The position numbers were made by a program, and so were the translations under genes. The notes beneath the pieces were generated by a model that was given only the letters and a program-made list of their open reading frames with translations, made no database searches and was not told where the DNA came from. A stretch of 64,000 nt of DNA from Bacteroidia bacterium (GTDB lineage: Bacteria > Bacteroidota > Bacteroidia > Bacteroidales > CAJPTX01), in assembly GCA_002749065.1 (NCBI GenBank), contig PDTX01000003.1:15898-79897 (forward strand), read 5' to 3'. The first letter of the stretch is position 1, and every line of letters begins with the position of its first letter. Shown one piece after another: positions 20,939 through 31,317 of this stretch.

Positions 20939-22249
20939 ATGAAAAGAATAGCATACTCTGTGGCCCTGGTGGCGACCCTGGCCCTCATGCTGGCCTCCTG
21001 CAACAAGGAGAAGGAGGTGCTGCCCCGCATCGGCCTGGCCAAGGACTACCTCGTGGTGCGCCTCGAGCCCCTAGCCCTCGAGTGCGGCCTGGAGGGGGAG
21101 AGCTACCGCTGGGAGACGGTGAGCTACATCCCGGAGGACTCCGTGCAGCCCCGGGAGCTCAAGGCCACCCTCTCCCGCAAGCGGCGCTGCGTGGCCATCT
21201 TCGACCACGTCGGCCTCTACAACCTGAATTTCTACTACAACGAGGGGCGGGAGGACGCCATCAGGCTGAGCTTCCAGGTGAAGGTGGAGCAGGAGCCCAC
21301 CCCGTACTCGGCCTACATCAGCGAGGTGCTGGAGTACCGCCCGGCGCCGGGCTACTACGTCAACCCCCGCATAAAGGGAATACCGACCCACGACGAGCCG
21401 CTCATCCTGCGCCGCTGCCGCAGCATCCTGGTGCGCGAGGACGTGGAGAGCTTCGACCCGGGCACCCTGGGCAACAACCGGGAGAACTTCGTCTCCCTCG
21501 GGGCCTTCGGGGGCTACGTCGTCTTCGCGTTCGACCACATGGTGGTCAATCAGAAGGACCCGGTGAGGGAGGACGCGGAGTGCAACGACTTCATCATCTA
21601 CGGGCGGAACTACCCCGGCAAGGGGAACGTACCATGCTACCACCCCGGCATCGTCTACGTGGCCTACGACAGGAACGGGAACGGGAAGCGGGACGAGGAC
21701 GAGAAGTGGTACCAGCTGCGGGGCGAGGTCCCCCACGACCAGCTCACCCGTACTGACGTACGCTACACCTACAACGGGGGGAGCGCCGTGGTGTCGGGCT
21801 CTGACGATGAGCGTCGTGGTTTCCACCTCGTTGACCACATCCTCGTGGAGGGTGCCAGCCCCAACCTCGCCAGCGCCAACAGCCTCAGCAGCTACTGGCC
21901 CTACGTCGAGAAGCCCGCGAAGGGTGGGGTAGAGCCTCTGTCCTTCTCAGCCCTCCGCCTGCCCGAGCAGGGGAGCGAGGAGCTCGGCGCGACCAAGGCC
22001 GACCTCAAGGTGACCTGGAAACCGCTCAGGGGCTACGCCGACTCTCAGCCCTACGGGCAGAACAAGGGCCTGGACATCAGCAACGCGGTGGATGAGGATG
22101 GTAGGCCCGTCGACCTGCCCGGCATACACTTTGTCAAGGTGCAGACCGGCGTGCTGCAGCAGCTCGGGGGCGAGAATGGGCTCTGCGAAACCAAGATAAT
22201 GGGCGCGGCGGACCTCCGGCTCCTCCCCCCGGAAAAGCGACCCAAGTAG
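20939..22249 (+). CDS. Cell-surface lipoprotein (BtuH-like / PKD-associated)
   Basis: Lipobox LASC; VLEYRPAPG, VSLGAFGGYVVFAFDH, PGIVYVAYDRNGNG and DISNAVD..G.PV.L.GIHFVKVQTGV motifs. Confidence 0.75.
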   Translation: MKRIAYSVALVATLALMLASCNKEKEVLPRIGLAKDYLVVRLEPLALECGLEGESYRWETVSYIPEDSVQPRELKATLSRKRRCVAIFDHVGLYNLNFYYNEGREDAIRLSFQVKVEQEPTPYSAYISEVLEYRPAPGYYVNPRIKGIPTHDEPLILRRCRSILVREDVESFDPGTLGNNRENFVSLGAFGGYVVFAFDHMVVNQKDPVREDAECNDFIIYGRNYPGKGNVPCYHPGIVYVAYDRNGNGKRDEDEKWYQLRGEVPHDQLTRTDVRYTYNGGSAVVSGSDDERRGFHLVDHILVEGASPNLASANSLSSYWPYVEKPAKGGVEPLSFSALRLPEQGSEELGATKADLKVTWKPLRGYADSQPYGQNKGLDISNAVDEDGRPVDLPGIHFVKVQTGVLQQLGGENGLCETKIMGAADLRLLPPEKRPK

Positions 22250-22274
22250 CCCATGCGTACTCGCCATTGGCCCA

Positions 22275-22304
22275 TGCTCCCGCCTCCAGGGCGGGAGCGT
22301 TTTT
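22275..22304 (+). terminator. Intrinsic terminator after the btu-like trio
   Basis: GCTCCCGCC-tccag-GGCGGGAGC then GTTTTT. Confidence 0.8.
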
Positions 22305-22406
22305 CTAGCCCTTCCCGGGTCGCGACCCGCCCGTGGGCTGCATCCCCGATGCGACGCTGCGCCCGCCCTCCAGCGCCTATGGACCACTCAAGCACCCAGA
22401 TGCCCC

Positions 22407-23081
22407 ATGCCGCTGATAGTCATTGAGGGGGTCGACGGCGCGGGCAAGAGCACCCAGGCCCAGCTATTGGCCGAACGTCTACGCCAGGAGGGCGCGCGCG
22501 TGGAGCACATCCACTTCCCCCGCCTCCAGAGCCCCGTCTACGGCGAGCTCATCGCGGCCTTCCTCCGGGGGGAGTTCGGCGATGCGAGGGCCACGGACCC
22601 CCGCCTCATCGCCCTGCTGTACGCCGGCGACCGTGCGGCCATCGCCCCCCAGCTCCACGCGCGCCTCGGGGCCGGGGAGTACATCCTCTGCGACCGCTAC
22701 TACATCTCCAACCTCGCCTACCAGGGGGCCAAGGTGCAGGCTGGCCCCGAGCGGGAGACCCTGATAGACTGGATACTGCGCATGGAGCTGGAGCATTTTG
22801 CCATCCCCCCGGCCGACCAGACCATCTTCCTGGACGTGCCCCCGGCCTTCACCCAGCGCGTGCTCACCGAGCGAGCCGCCCAGGAGCAGCGCGAGTACCT
22901 CCGGGGGCAGCACGACGTGCATGAGCGCGACGCCGACATGCAGGCGGAGGTGCGTCGCATCTTCCTGCAGCTGGAGCGCCGCGTACCCCGCTTCCACCGG
23001 ATTGTCTGCACCGATGGCCAGGGGCACATGCGCGCCGTGGACGATATCGCCGCCGAGCTCTGGGGCAGGGTTCGTGGATAA
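22407..23081 (+). CDS. tmk: Thymidylate kinase
   Basis: IEGVDGAGKSTQ, LYAGDR and DRYYISNLAYQ motifs. Confidence 0.93.
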   Translation: MPLIVIEGVDGAGKSTQAQLLAERLRQEGARVEHIHFPRLQSPVYGELIAAFLRGEFGDARATDPRLIALLYAGDRAAIAPQLHARLGAGEYILCDRYYISNLAYQGAKVQAGPERETLIDWILRMELEHFAIPPADQTIFLDVPPAFTQRVLTERAAQEQREYLRGQHDVHERDADMQAEVRRIFLQLERRVPRFHRIVCTDGQGHMRAVDDIAAELWGRVRG

Positions 23082-23086
23082 TTTCC

Positions 23087-23094
23087 TACCTTTG
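23087..23094 (+). promoter_or_regulatory. -7 promoter box of ffh
   Basis: TACCTTTG. Confidence 0.6.
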
Positions 23095-23135
23095 CGCGGG
23101 GCCTTGCCCCATGCACAAATATACCGGCTTCTACT

Positions 23136-24464
23136 ATGTTTGATAAGCTCTCTGATAGATTAGAAAGTACCTTTAAGCGCCTCAAGGGCCAGGGCAGGAT
23201 CACCGAGATCAACGTCGCGGAGACCATGCGCGACGTGCGCCGCGCGCTCATCGATGCCGATGTTAACTACAAGGTGGCCAAGGAGTTCACCGACCGGGTG
23301 AAGGAGGAGGCCCTTGGCCAGGACGTGCTGACGGCCGTCCAGCCCGGGCAGATGATGGTCAAGATTGTGCACGACCAGCTCGCCGAGCTCATGGGCGGCA
23401 CGGCCACCGAGATCAACCTCAGCGGCAAGCCGGCCATCATCCTCATCGCCGGTCTGCAGGGCTCCGGGAAGACCACCTTCAGCGGCAAGCTCGCCCACCG
23501 CCTCAAGCGCAAGCAGGGCCACAGCCCGCTGCTGGTGGCCTGCGACGTGTACCGCCCGGCGGCCATCAACCAGCTCCGCGTCGTGGGCGAGTCGGTGGGC
23601 GTGCCCGTGTACTCCGAGGAGGGCAACAAGGATGTCATCGCGGTGGCCCAGGCCGCCATCCGGGAGGCCAAGAAGAACGGCAACAGCGTGGTCATCATCG
23701 ATACGGCCGGGCGATTGGCCATCGACGAGGAGATGATGCAGGAGGTCTCGAACCTCAAGGCCACCGTGGCGCCCAGCGAGATTCTCTTCGTGGTGGACTC
23801 CATGACGGGGCAGGACGCCGTCAACACCGCCAAGGCCTTCCACGACCGGCTCGACTTCGACGGGGTGGTCCTCACCAAGCTCGACGGCGACACCCGCGGC
23901 GGGGCGGCCCTCACGATTCGGTCCGTGGTGGAGAAGCCCATCAAGTTCGTCGGCACGGGCGAGAAGATGGACGCGCTTGACGTGTTCCACCCCGAGCGTA
24001 TGGCCGACCGCATCCTCGGCATGGGCGACATCGTCTCCCTGGTGGAGAAGGCCCAGGAGGAGTACAACGAGGAGGAGGCCCGGCGGCTGGAGAAGAAGAT
24101 CAAGCAGAACAAGTTCGACTTCAACGACTTCCTCAACCAGCTCGAGCACATCAAGAAGATGGGCAACATCAAGGACCTGATGGGCATGATACCCGGGGTG
24201 GGCAAGGCCATCAAGGATGTCGACATCGACAACGACTCCTTCAAGGGCATAGAGGCCATCATCCGCTCGATGACCCCCGCCGAGCGGTCCAACCCCACCC
24301 TGATCGACCAGTCGCGCCGCCAGCGTATCGCCCTGGGCAGCGGCTCGACCGTCACGGAGGTCAACCGCCTCCTCAAGCAGTTTGAGGAGACCCGCAAGGC
24401 CATGCGGATGATGAGCCGTGGCGGCCAGAGGCCCTCGCTCCGCAAGGCCAAGAAGCGCCGCTAG
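23136..24464 (+). CDS. ffh: Signal recognition particle protein
   Basis: [22 protein letters not shown] and [10 protein letters not shown] motifs; M domain. Confidence 0.99.
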   Translation: MFDKLSDRLESTFKRLKGQGRITEINVAETMRDVRRALIDADVNYKVAKEFTDRVKEEALGQDVLTAVQPGQMMVKIVHDQLAELMGGTATEINLSGKPAIILIAGLQGSGKTTFSGKLAHRLKRKQGHSPLLVACDVYRPAAINQLRVVGESVGVPVYSEEGNKDVIAVAQAAIREAKKNGNSVVIIDTAGRLAIDEEMMQEVSNLKATVAPSEILFVVDSMTGQDAVNTAKAFHDRLDFDGVVLTKLDGDTRGGAALTIRSVVEKPIKFVGTGEKMDALDVFHPERMADRILGMGDIVSLVEKAQEEYNEEEARRLEKKIKQNKFDFNDFLNQLEHIKKMGNIKDLMGMIPGVGKAIKDVDIDNDSFKGIEAIIRSMTPAERSNPTLIDQSRRQRIALGSGSTVTEVNRLLKQFEETRKAMRMMSRGGQRPSLRKAKKRR

Positions 24465-24509
24465 CCGCATTTCGCGCAACCAATTTCGTCAACCAGCAAT
24501 ACGGAGCAT

Positions 24510-25385
24510 ATGCAACTACTCGATGGGAAAGCCGTGGCCAGCAGCCTGGCCGAAGAGATGCGCGCCGAGGTGCAGCGCCTGGTGCAGCAGGGGCAGCGCC
24601 CCCCCTGCCTTGTCGCCGTCCTGGTGGGCGACAACCCCGCCAGCAAGGCCTACGTCGCCAGCAAGGAGAAGAAGTGCCTTGAGCTGGGCTTCAGCTCCCG
24701 GGTATGCCGCTTTGAGGAGAGCGTGAGCGAGGCTGAGCTGCTGGCTGAAATCGGGCGGCTCAACCGGGACCCGGAGGTGGACGGCTTCATCGTGCAGCTG
24801 CCGCTCCCGGGGCACATCGACGAGCGGAAGGTCACCCAGGCCATCGACCCCCGCAAGGACGTGGACGGCTTCCACCCCACCAACCTCGGCCTGATGATGC
24901 TCGGCCTGGACACCTACCTGCCGGCCACCCCCTACGGCATCCTCCGCATGCTGCAGCACTACGAGATCCCCACCAAGGGGAAGCACCTGGTGGTGCTCGG
25001 CCGTAGCCACATCGTGGGCCTGCCCGTGGCCAACATGCTGGTCCAGAAGGCCTACCCCGGCGACTGCACCGTCACCATATGCCACAGCCGCACGCAGGAC
25101 CTGGAGGGCATCCTCCGCCAGGCCGACATCCTCATCGTGGCCATGGGCGTGCCCGAGTTCCTGCGGGCCGACATGGTCAAGGAGGGCGCGGTGGTCATCG
25201 ACGTGGGCATCAACCGCGTGGACGACCCCAGCCGCAAGTCGGGCTACCGCCTGGTGGGCGATGTGGCCTTCGATGAGGTCGCCCCCAAGACCAGCTACAT
25301 CAGCCCCGTGCCCGGGGGCGTGGGCCCGATGACCATCATTACCCTCATGTACAACACCCTCAAGGCGCGCCGCCAGCAGCTCTAG
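24510..25385 (+). CDS. folD: Methylenetetrahydrofolate dehydrogenase/cyclohydrolase
   Basis: [14 protein letters not shown] and [10 protein letters not shown] motifs. Confidence 0.98.
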   Translation: MQLLDGKAVASSLAEEMRAEVQRLVQQGQRPPCLVAVLVGDNPASKAYVASKEKKCLELGFSSRVCRFEESVSEAELLAEIGRLNRDPEVDGFIVQLPLPGHIDERKVTQAIDPRKDVDGFHPTNLGLMMLGLDTYLPATPYGILRMLQHYEIPTKGKHLVVLGRSHIVGLPVANMLVQKAYPGDCTVTICHSRTQDLEGILRQADILIVAMGVPEFLRADMVKEGAVVIDVGINRVDDPSRKSGYRLVGDVAFDEVAPKTSYISPVPGGVGPMTIITLMYNTLKARRQQL

Positions 25386-25416
25386 GCCACTGGCCATGGC
25401 CACCCCAAGGCCTTTC

Positions 25417-25452
25417 GCGGGCCACCCGAAGGGGTGGCCCGCTTGTATTTTT
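25417..25452 (+). terminator. Probable terminator after folD
   Basis: GCGGGCCACCC-gaag-GGGTGGCCCGC then TTGTATTTTT. Confidence 0.7.
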
Positions 25453-25588
25453 GCCCAACAAGCCCTATTCTTTCTAAATAGCCCCGCCCCCCGCGCCCGC
25501 CAATTGCAACTCTCTGCGGGAAAGGTTATCTTTGCGGAAATCGGTACCAAGCCATGGTGCGAGTCGATAACCAATAAAGTAGAAGCAG

Positions 25589-27220
25589 ATGGATATAAAA
25601 CTGTTGCTGGGTGATGAGGCCATCGCCCAGGGAGCCATCGATGCGGGGGTCAGCGGCGTATACGCCTACCCCGGCACACCGTCCACCGAGATCATGGAGT
25701 ACGTCCAGGGGGCGAAGGCCGCCCGGGAGCGGAACATCCACCGCCAGTGGTCGGCCAACGAGAAGACCGCCATGGAGGCCGCCATCGGCATGTCCTACGC
25801 CGGCAAGCGCGCCCTGGTGTGCTTCAAGCACGTGGGGATGAACGTGGCCGCCGATGCCTTCGTCAACTCCGCCATCACCGGCACCAACGGCGGGCTGGTG
25901 GTCCTGGTGGCCGACGACCCCTCGATGCACAGCTCCCAGAACGAGCAGGATACCCGCGAGTACGCCAAGTTCGCCATGGTGCCCTGCCTGGAGCCCTCCA
26001 CCCAGCAGGAGGCCTACGACATGATGTTCCACGCCTTCGACCTCTCCGAGAGGGTCAACGCCCCCGTGGTCATGCGCATCACCACCCGCATGGCGCACTC
26101 CCGGGCCGGGGTGAAGCTCCGCGAGAAGGTCAACGAGCAGAACCAGCTCCGCCTCCCGGAGGACAAGCGGCAGTTCGTCCTCCTGCCGGCCATCGCCCGC
26201 CGCAACTACCACCGCCTACTGGGCATGCAGGACGAGATGGTGAAGCTCGCGGAGGACTCCCAGTTCAACGCCCTGCGGCTCGGCAACAAGGACGGCATCG
26301 GGATCATCACCACCGGCATCGCCCACAACTACTTCCTCGAGGCCATCGAGGGCAACTTCCAGGGCATGAGCCTGCTGAAGATTACCCAGTACCCGCTCCC
26401 GCGCCGCATGATAGAGTCGCTCTACAACCACTGCAGCGAGATCATCGTCATGGAGGAGGGCTACCCCGTGGTCGAGGGCCTGCTCCGCGGCTACTTCAAC
26501 CACGGCAAGCCCATCCACGGTCGCCTCGACGGTACGCTCCCCCGCGAGGGCGAGCTCAACCCCAACCACGTGGCCAAGGCCCTGGGCAAGCCCATCGAGG
26601 AGGGTGCGAAAATCCCCGACCTGGTGGCGGGTAGGCCCCCGGCGCTCTGCATGGGCTGCGGCCACCGCGACGTCTACGACGCGCTTAACGCCGCGCTCGA
26701 GGAGTACGGCGACGGCCGGGTATTCTCCGACATCGGCTGCTACACCCTCGGCGCGCTCCCCCCCTTCAATGCCATCAACTCCTGCGTGGACATGGGCGCG
26801 TCCATCACCATGGCCAAGGGGGCGGCCGACGCTGGCCTCGTGCCCGCGGTGGCCATGCTCGGCGACTCCACCTTCACCCACTCGGGGATGACGGGCCTGC
26901 TCGATGCCATCAACGAGAACAGCCCCATCACCGTGATCATCTCCGACAACTCCACCACCGGGATGACCGGCGGCCAGCAGTCGGCCGGCACCGGCAAGAT
27001 CGAGGAGATATGCCTCGGCCTGGGCGTGGACCCCAAGCACATACGCCGGATGGTGCCCCTCAAGAAGCACTTCGAGGAGAACGTCGCCATCATGAAGGAG
27101 GAGCTGGCCTACAAGGGGCTCTCGGTGCTCATACCCGAGCGGGAGTGCATCCAGACCTACGCGCGCCGCCAGCGGGCCGCCAAGGCCCAGAAGGATGCCG
27201 AGAAGAAGGCCAGCAAGTAA
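25589..27220 (+). CDS. iorA: Indolepyruvate ferredoxin oxidoreductase alpha subunit
   Basis: YPGTPSTEI, NEKTAME, DDPSMHSSQNEQD, PALCMGCGHR, DIGCY and GDSTF motifs. Confidence 0.93.
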   Translation: MDIKLLLGDEAIAQGAIDAGVSGVYAYPGTPSTEIMEYVQGAKAARERNIHRQWSANEKTAMEAAIGMSYAGKRALVCFKHVGMNVAADAFVNSAITGTNGGLVVLVADDPSMHSSQNEQDTREYAKFAMVPCLEPSTQQEAYDMMFHAFDLSERVNAPVVMRITTRMAHSRAGVKLREKVNEQNQLRLPEDKRQFVLLPAIARRNYHRLLGMQDEMVKLAEDSQFNALRLGNKDGIGIITTGIAHNYFLEAIEGNFQGMSLLKITQYPLPRRMIESLYNHCSEIIVMEEGYPVVEGLLRGYFNHGKPIHGRLDGTLPREGELNPNHVAKALGKPIEEGAKIPDLVAGRPPALCMGCGHRDVYDALNAALEEYGDGRVFSDIGCYTLGALPPFNAINSCVDMGASITMAKGAADAGLVPAVAMLGDSTFTHSGMTGLLDAINENSPITVIISDNSTTGMTGGQQSAGTGKIEEICLGLGVDPKHIRRMVPLKKHFEENVAIMKEELAYKGLSVLIPERECIQTYARRQRAAKAQKDAEKKASK

Positions 27221-27247
27221 ACTCTAACCGCCAAAAATTCAGACAAA

Positions 27248-27838
27248 ATGACAAAGACCGATATAATCCTCGCGGGTGTGGGCGGACAGGGTATGCTCTC
27301 AGTGGCCGCCATCGTGGGCCACGCCGCCGTGAGCAACGAGCTACATCTCAAGCAGGCCGAAACCCACGGCATGAGCCAGCGGGGGGGCGACGTGCAGTCG
27401 CACCTCCGAATCGCGGAGAAACCCATATGCTCGGACCTCATCCCCATGGGCAAGGCCGACCTCATCCTCTCGGGCGAGCCCATGGAGAGCCTCCGCTACC
27501 TCCCCTACCTCGCGCCCAAGGGCTACATCGTCACCAGCATCGCGCCCATCGTCAACATACCCGACTACCCCGACCTCGACCAGGTGCTGGCGCGCATCAA
27601 GGAGTACCCGCGCCACGTCCTGGTCGATGCCGAGCAGATCGCCAAGGACTGCGGCTCGGCCCGCTCGGCCAACGTCGTGATGCTCGGGGCGGCCTCCCCC
27701 CTGCTCATCATCGACTTCCAGTCGCTCGAGAACGGCATCGTGGCCCTCTTCGAGCGCAAGGGGCAGGACGTGGTCGACGCCAACCTCAAGGCCCTCCGCG
27801 CCGGGCGCGAGCTGGTCAAGGACATGAAGTTCGACTAG
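27248..27838 (+). CDS. iorB: Indolepyruvate ferredoxin oxidoreductase beta subunit
   Basis: GVGGQG and ETHGMSQRGG motifs. Confidence 0.93.
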   Translation: MTKTDIILAGVGGQGMLSVAAIVGHAAVSNELHLKQAETHGMSQRGGDVQSHLRIAEKPICSDLIPMGKADLILSGEPMESLRYLPYLAPKGYIVTSIAPIVNIPDYPDLDQVLARIKEYPRHVLVDAEQIAKDCGSARSANVVMLGAASPLLIIDFQSLENGIVALFERKGQDVVDANLKALRAGRELVKDMKFD

Positions 27839-27861
27839 GGGGAGCACCACCCCACGAACGT

Positions 27862-28632
27862 ATGCGTATCATCCTCACTGGTACGGGCATCTCGCAGGGC
27901 ATCCCAGTGATAGGATGCCCCTGCGAGGCCTGTCGCTCCACCGACCCCCTCGACAAGCGGCTCCGCACCGCGGCCCTGGTCCAGGAGGGCGATACCAACG
28001 TGGCCATAGACATCGGGCCGGACTTCCGCCAGCAGATGATGCGGGCGGAGGTCACGGCCCTCCACGCCGTCGTCATCACCCATGAGCACTCCGACCACGT
28101 GGCCGGGCTTGACGACGTACGCCCCTTCAACTTCACCATGCGCTGCGAGATGCCCCTCTACGCCGAGCCCCGCGTCCTCAAGGCGCTGGCCCAGCGCTTC
28201 CCCTACGCCTTCGCCCCCCCCGAGCAGCGCTACCCCGGGGCGGCCGCCTTCGACGTGCGCCCCATCCAGCGGCTACTCCAACCCCTGGACGTGGCCGGCC
28301 TCCCCTTCCTCCCCTTCCGCGTGATGCACGGCCGCCTGCCCATCACGGGCTACAGGGTGCGGGACTTCGCCTACATCACCGATTGCAGCGCCCTCCCGGA
28401 GGAGAGCCTCGCGGCGCTCCGTGGCCTGGAGGTGCTGGTCCTCAACACGCTGCGCTACCGGCCACACCCCATGCACCTGACGCTGGCCGAGTCGCTGGCC
28501 ATCGTGGAGCGGCTCCAGCCCCGGCGGGCCTTCTTCACGCACGTATCGCACGAGCTGGGCCCGCACCGCAACGTCCGGGACCTGCCGCCCAACGTGCGGA
28601 TAGCCTACGACGGGATGGTCATCGACCTCTAG
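27862..28632 (+). CDS. MBL-fold metallo-hydrolase (PhnP family)
   Basis: GTGISQGIPVIGCPCEAC, THEHSDHVAGLDD and AYDGM motifs. Confidence 0.92.
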   Translation: MRIILTGTGISQGIPVIGCPCEACRSTDPLDKRLRTAALVQEGDTNVAIDIGPDFRQQMMRAEVTALHAVVITHEHSDHVAGLDDVRPFNFTMRCEMPLYAEPRVLKALAQRFPYAFAPPEQRYPGAAAFDVRPIQRLLQPLDVAGLPFLPFRVMHGRLPITGYRVRDFAYITDCSALPEESLAALRGLEVLVLNTLRYRPHPMHLTLAESLAIVERLQPRRAFFTHVSHELGPHRNVRDLPPNVRIAYDGMVIDL

Positions 28633-28709
28633 GTCCCCTCCCATACCCCTCCCACACCCCTCTCGTGGGGCGGGGCATCCTCCTTCCGGATTTGCTTTGC
28701 GCTTCCCGC

Positions 28710-30182
28710 CTAGAACACCGGGCTGAAGAGGCGCGCTATGGCCTCTAGGCCCCGCCGCGCCAGGGGGCGTTGCCGCCACTCCGCGAGGTCGAGGTCGTGG
28801 CTCTTGCGCGTATTGCCGATGAACTCCAGCTCGAGCCGCCGGGTGATGTCCCTGTCGTAGAGCAGGGCCAGCACCTCGTAGTTCTCCTCGAAGGAGCGTA
28901 TGTCCATGTTGGCCGAGCCGACGATGGCCAGCTCCCCGTCCACAATCAGGGTCTTGGAGTGGTTGAAGCCGCCGGTGTAGAGGTAGACCCTTATGCCGCT
29001 CTCGAGCAGGTCCTCTATGTAGGAGTGGATGGCCCAGAGCACCAGCTTGGCATCGCCCCTCCGGGGGAGTATGATGCGCACGTCGACCCCGCTGAGGGCG
29101 GTGGTGCGCAGGGCCATCAGGAGGCTGTCGCTGGGGATGAAGTAGGGGGTGCAGATGTAGATGTAGCGCTTGGCCCGGGCGATGGCCGTGATGAAGGCGT
29201 GCAGGGGGGTGCTGTAGGGGTCCTCGGGCGCGCTGGTGATGATTTGGACCGGGGTATTGCCCCCCTCCACCGGGATGGGGCAGTAGTCCGGGCTGGGGGC
29301 CTCGCCGCTCACGTAGGCCCAGTCGCGGAGGAATATGCGGTGCAGGGCGTGGGCCGCGGGGCCCTTGATGCGCAGCTGCGTGTCGACCCACTGCCCGATG
29401 GAGGAGCCCGTGATGTAGCGCTGGGCGATGTTCATCCCCCCCATGTAGGCCATGGTGCCGTCGATGACCACGATTTTCCGGTGGTTGCGGTTGTTGATGC
29501 GGTTGCCCAGCAGGGGGAATATCACCCGCTCGAAGGGGTATATCCTCACCCCGCCCTCCTGCAGGCGGGCGAGCAGGGACTTGGACAGGCCCCAGCTGCC
29601 CACGGCATCGTAGATGATGCGGACATCGACCCCCTGCCCGGCCCGCTCGATGAGCTCGGCGGCGATGCGCTGGCCGAGGGCATCGTCGGTGAAGGTGTAG
29701 TACTCCATGTGGATGAAGTCCTGGGCGTGGCGGATGTCCTCGAGCAGGGAGGCGAAGGCGACCTCCCCCTCGTGGTAGAGCTCCACCCCGTTGCTCCCGA
29801 GCACGGGGGCCTCCCCCTGGTGGTCGAGCAGGGTGGCGATGTAGGCGTGCGTCTCGAGCACATCGTGCTGGGGGGGGATTTCCGAGAGGGGGATGGTGGC
29901 TGTCCCGAAGCGGTCCTCCACCTCGCGGCGGCTGTCGGGGTAGCGGCGGGCTGTGAGCCGCCGGCGGAGGTTCTGCCCCAGGAAGATGTAGAAGACCAGG
30001 CCCATGATGGGGAGCAGGATCAGGACCCAGACCCACAGGAGCGTCTTGGTGGGGTTGCGCCGGTCCAGGATGACCATCAGCACGCTCGCGGCGATGGTCA
30101 GGCAGTAGAGCAGGGCGAGGATCCGGAGGATGAGCCCGAGCTCGTAGCCATCGACCCATTGGGTGAGTAGCAGCTGTAGCAT
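28710..30182 (-). CDS. cls: Cardiolipin synthase
   Basis: Two HKD motifs (NHRKIVVID, HSKTLIVD) and N-terminal TM helices. Confidence 0.95.
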   Translation of the reverse strand: MLQLLLTQWVDGYELGLILRILALLYCLTIAASVLMVILDRRNPTKTLLWVWVLILLPIMGLVFYIFLGQNLRRRLTARRYPDSRREVEDRFGTATIPLSEIPPQHDVLETHAYIATLLDHQGEAPVLGSNGVELYHEGEVAFASLLEDIRHAQDFIHMEYYTFTDDALGQRIAAELIERAGQGVDVRIIYDAVGSWGLSKSLLARLQEGGVRIYPFERVIFPLLGNRINNRNHRKIVVIDGTMAYMGGMNIAQRYITGSSIGQWVDTQLRIKGPAAHALHRIFLRDWAYVSGEAPSPDYCPIPVEGGNTPVQIITSAPEDPYSTPLHAFITAIARAKRYIYICTPYFIPSDSLLMALRTTALSGVDVRIILPRRGDAKLVLWAIHSYIEDLLESGIRVYLYTGGFNHSKTLIVDGELAIVGSANMDIRSFEENYEVLALLYDRDITRRLELEFIGNTRKSHDLDLAEWRQRPLARRGLEAIARLFSPVF

Positions 30183-30224
30183 GGTTGGGGAGAGGTGCTT
30201 AGGTTGGCCAGGCGGGGGCTCGGC

Positions 30225-30665
30225 CTAGAGCACTGCGTCTATGATCCGCTGCGGTGTCCGGATGGGGCGGCGCGTGGCACCATCCACAAAGGCCAGGGTG
30301 GTCGTCCCCCAGACAATCAGCTCGTCGTCCTGCGCCCGGGTGATCCGGTAGCCCCAGACGACGCTCGCGCCCCGTAGCTCGAGGATGCCGCTGGTGACAT
30401 TGAGCACGTCATCGTAGTGCGCCGGGGTGTGGTACTTGATTTGCAGGTCGACCACCGGCAGCATGATGTCCTCCTCCTCCATCCGCCCGTAGGTGAAGCC
30501 GAGGTGGCGCATGGTCTCGTTGCGGCCCACCTCGAAGAAGAGCGGGTAGTTGCCGTAGTAGACGTAGCCCATGGCGTCGGTCTCGCCGTAGCGGACGCGG
30601 ACCTGCGTGGTGAAGGCCCCCCGCAGCACGGAGGTGTCGCCCTTGAAGTCTAGCTGTTTGCCCAT
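30225..30665 (-). CDS. Acyl-CoA thioesterase (YbgC/FadM family)
   Basis: RVRYGETDAMGYVYYGNY..FFEVGR. Confidence 0.92.
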   Translation of the reverse strand: MGKQLDFKGDTSVLRGAFTTQVRVRYGETDAMGYVYYGNYPLFFEVGRNETMRHLGFTYGRMEEEDIMLPVVDLQIKYHTPAHYDDVLNVTSGILELRGASVVWGYRITRAQDDELIVWGTTTLAFVDGATRRPIRTPQRIIDAVL

Positions 30666-30855
30666 GGTGACCAGAAGTGATTAGCATGAATTCCTGCGGC
30701 CAAAGGTAGTGAAAATTTTGGCACATACACCCCGCCCCCGCCATGCCCGGCCCCCGCCGCGGGGCCCTTTTCGCGGCGCATTTGGTATTGTATGCCAATA
30801 GGTATATATTTGCGCAGTGCCATTCGACCGGCATGCTGTAGTATAAGAACTCGTA

Positions 30856-31263
30856 ATGGTGGATAATACGTCAATGCGCTCCCCGGCTCTCCAGCTCGAG
30901 GGCACGGCTAGCACCCCCACGGTGGATTTCGATAGCCAGACCGGATGCCTGCATCTGCGCGGCGTGTCCATGCCCGAGAACGTGCTGGTCTTCTACCGGC
31001 CCATCCTGCAGTGGATTCGCGACTACTCCCGCCACCCCGCGGAGGCAACCTGCATGCGCTTCGACCTCCTCTACTTCAACACGGCCTCCTCGAAGCTCCT
31101 GCTGGAGCTCTTCTCCATCCTGGAGGACATGCACGAGGCCGGGCGCCGCGTGGAGGTCGAGTGGCTCTACCGCGAGGAGGACCTCGACATGGAGGAGGCC
31201 GGCGAGGACTTCTCCAACCTGCTCCAGCTGCCCTTCCGCATGGTGAGGAAGCCGAACGACTAG
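30856..31263 (+). CDS. DUF1987 / SiaC-family protein
   Basis: TPTVDFD...G.S.PEN...FY.PI..W...YFNTASSK...W.Y...D.DM.EAGEDF. Confidence 0.88.
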   Translation: MVDNTSMRSPALQLEGTASTPTVDFDSQTGCLHLRGVSMPENVLVFYRPILQWIRDYSRHPAEATCMRFDLLYFNTASSKLLLELFSILEDMHEAGRRVEVEWLYREEDLDMEEAGEDFSNLLQLPFRMVRKPND

Positions 31264-31317
31264 CCCCTCGGCGTGCCCCCGCCCGCCACATTGCCCAACA
31301 GTAATACCGACAGCACA

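Noticed and set aside
27853-27862. ACGAACGTAT resembling the Mpi inverted-repeat core
   Set aside because: No inverted partner found, no promoter enclosed, and it overlaps a start codon
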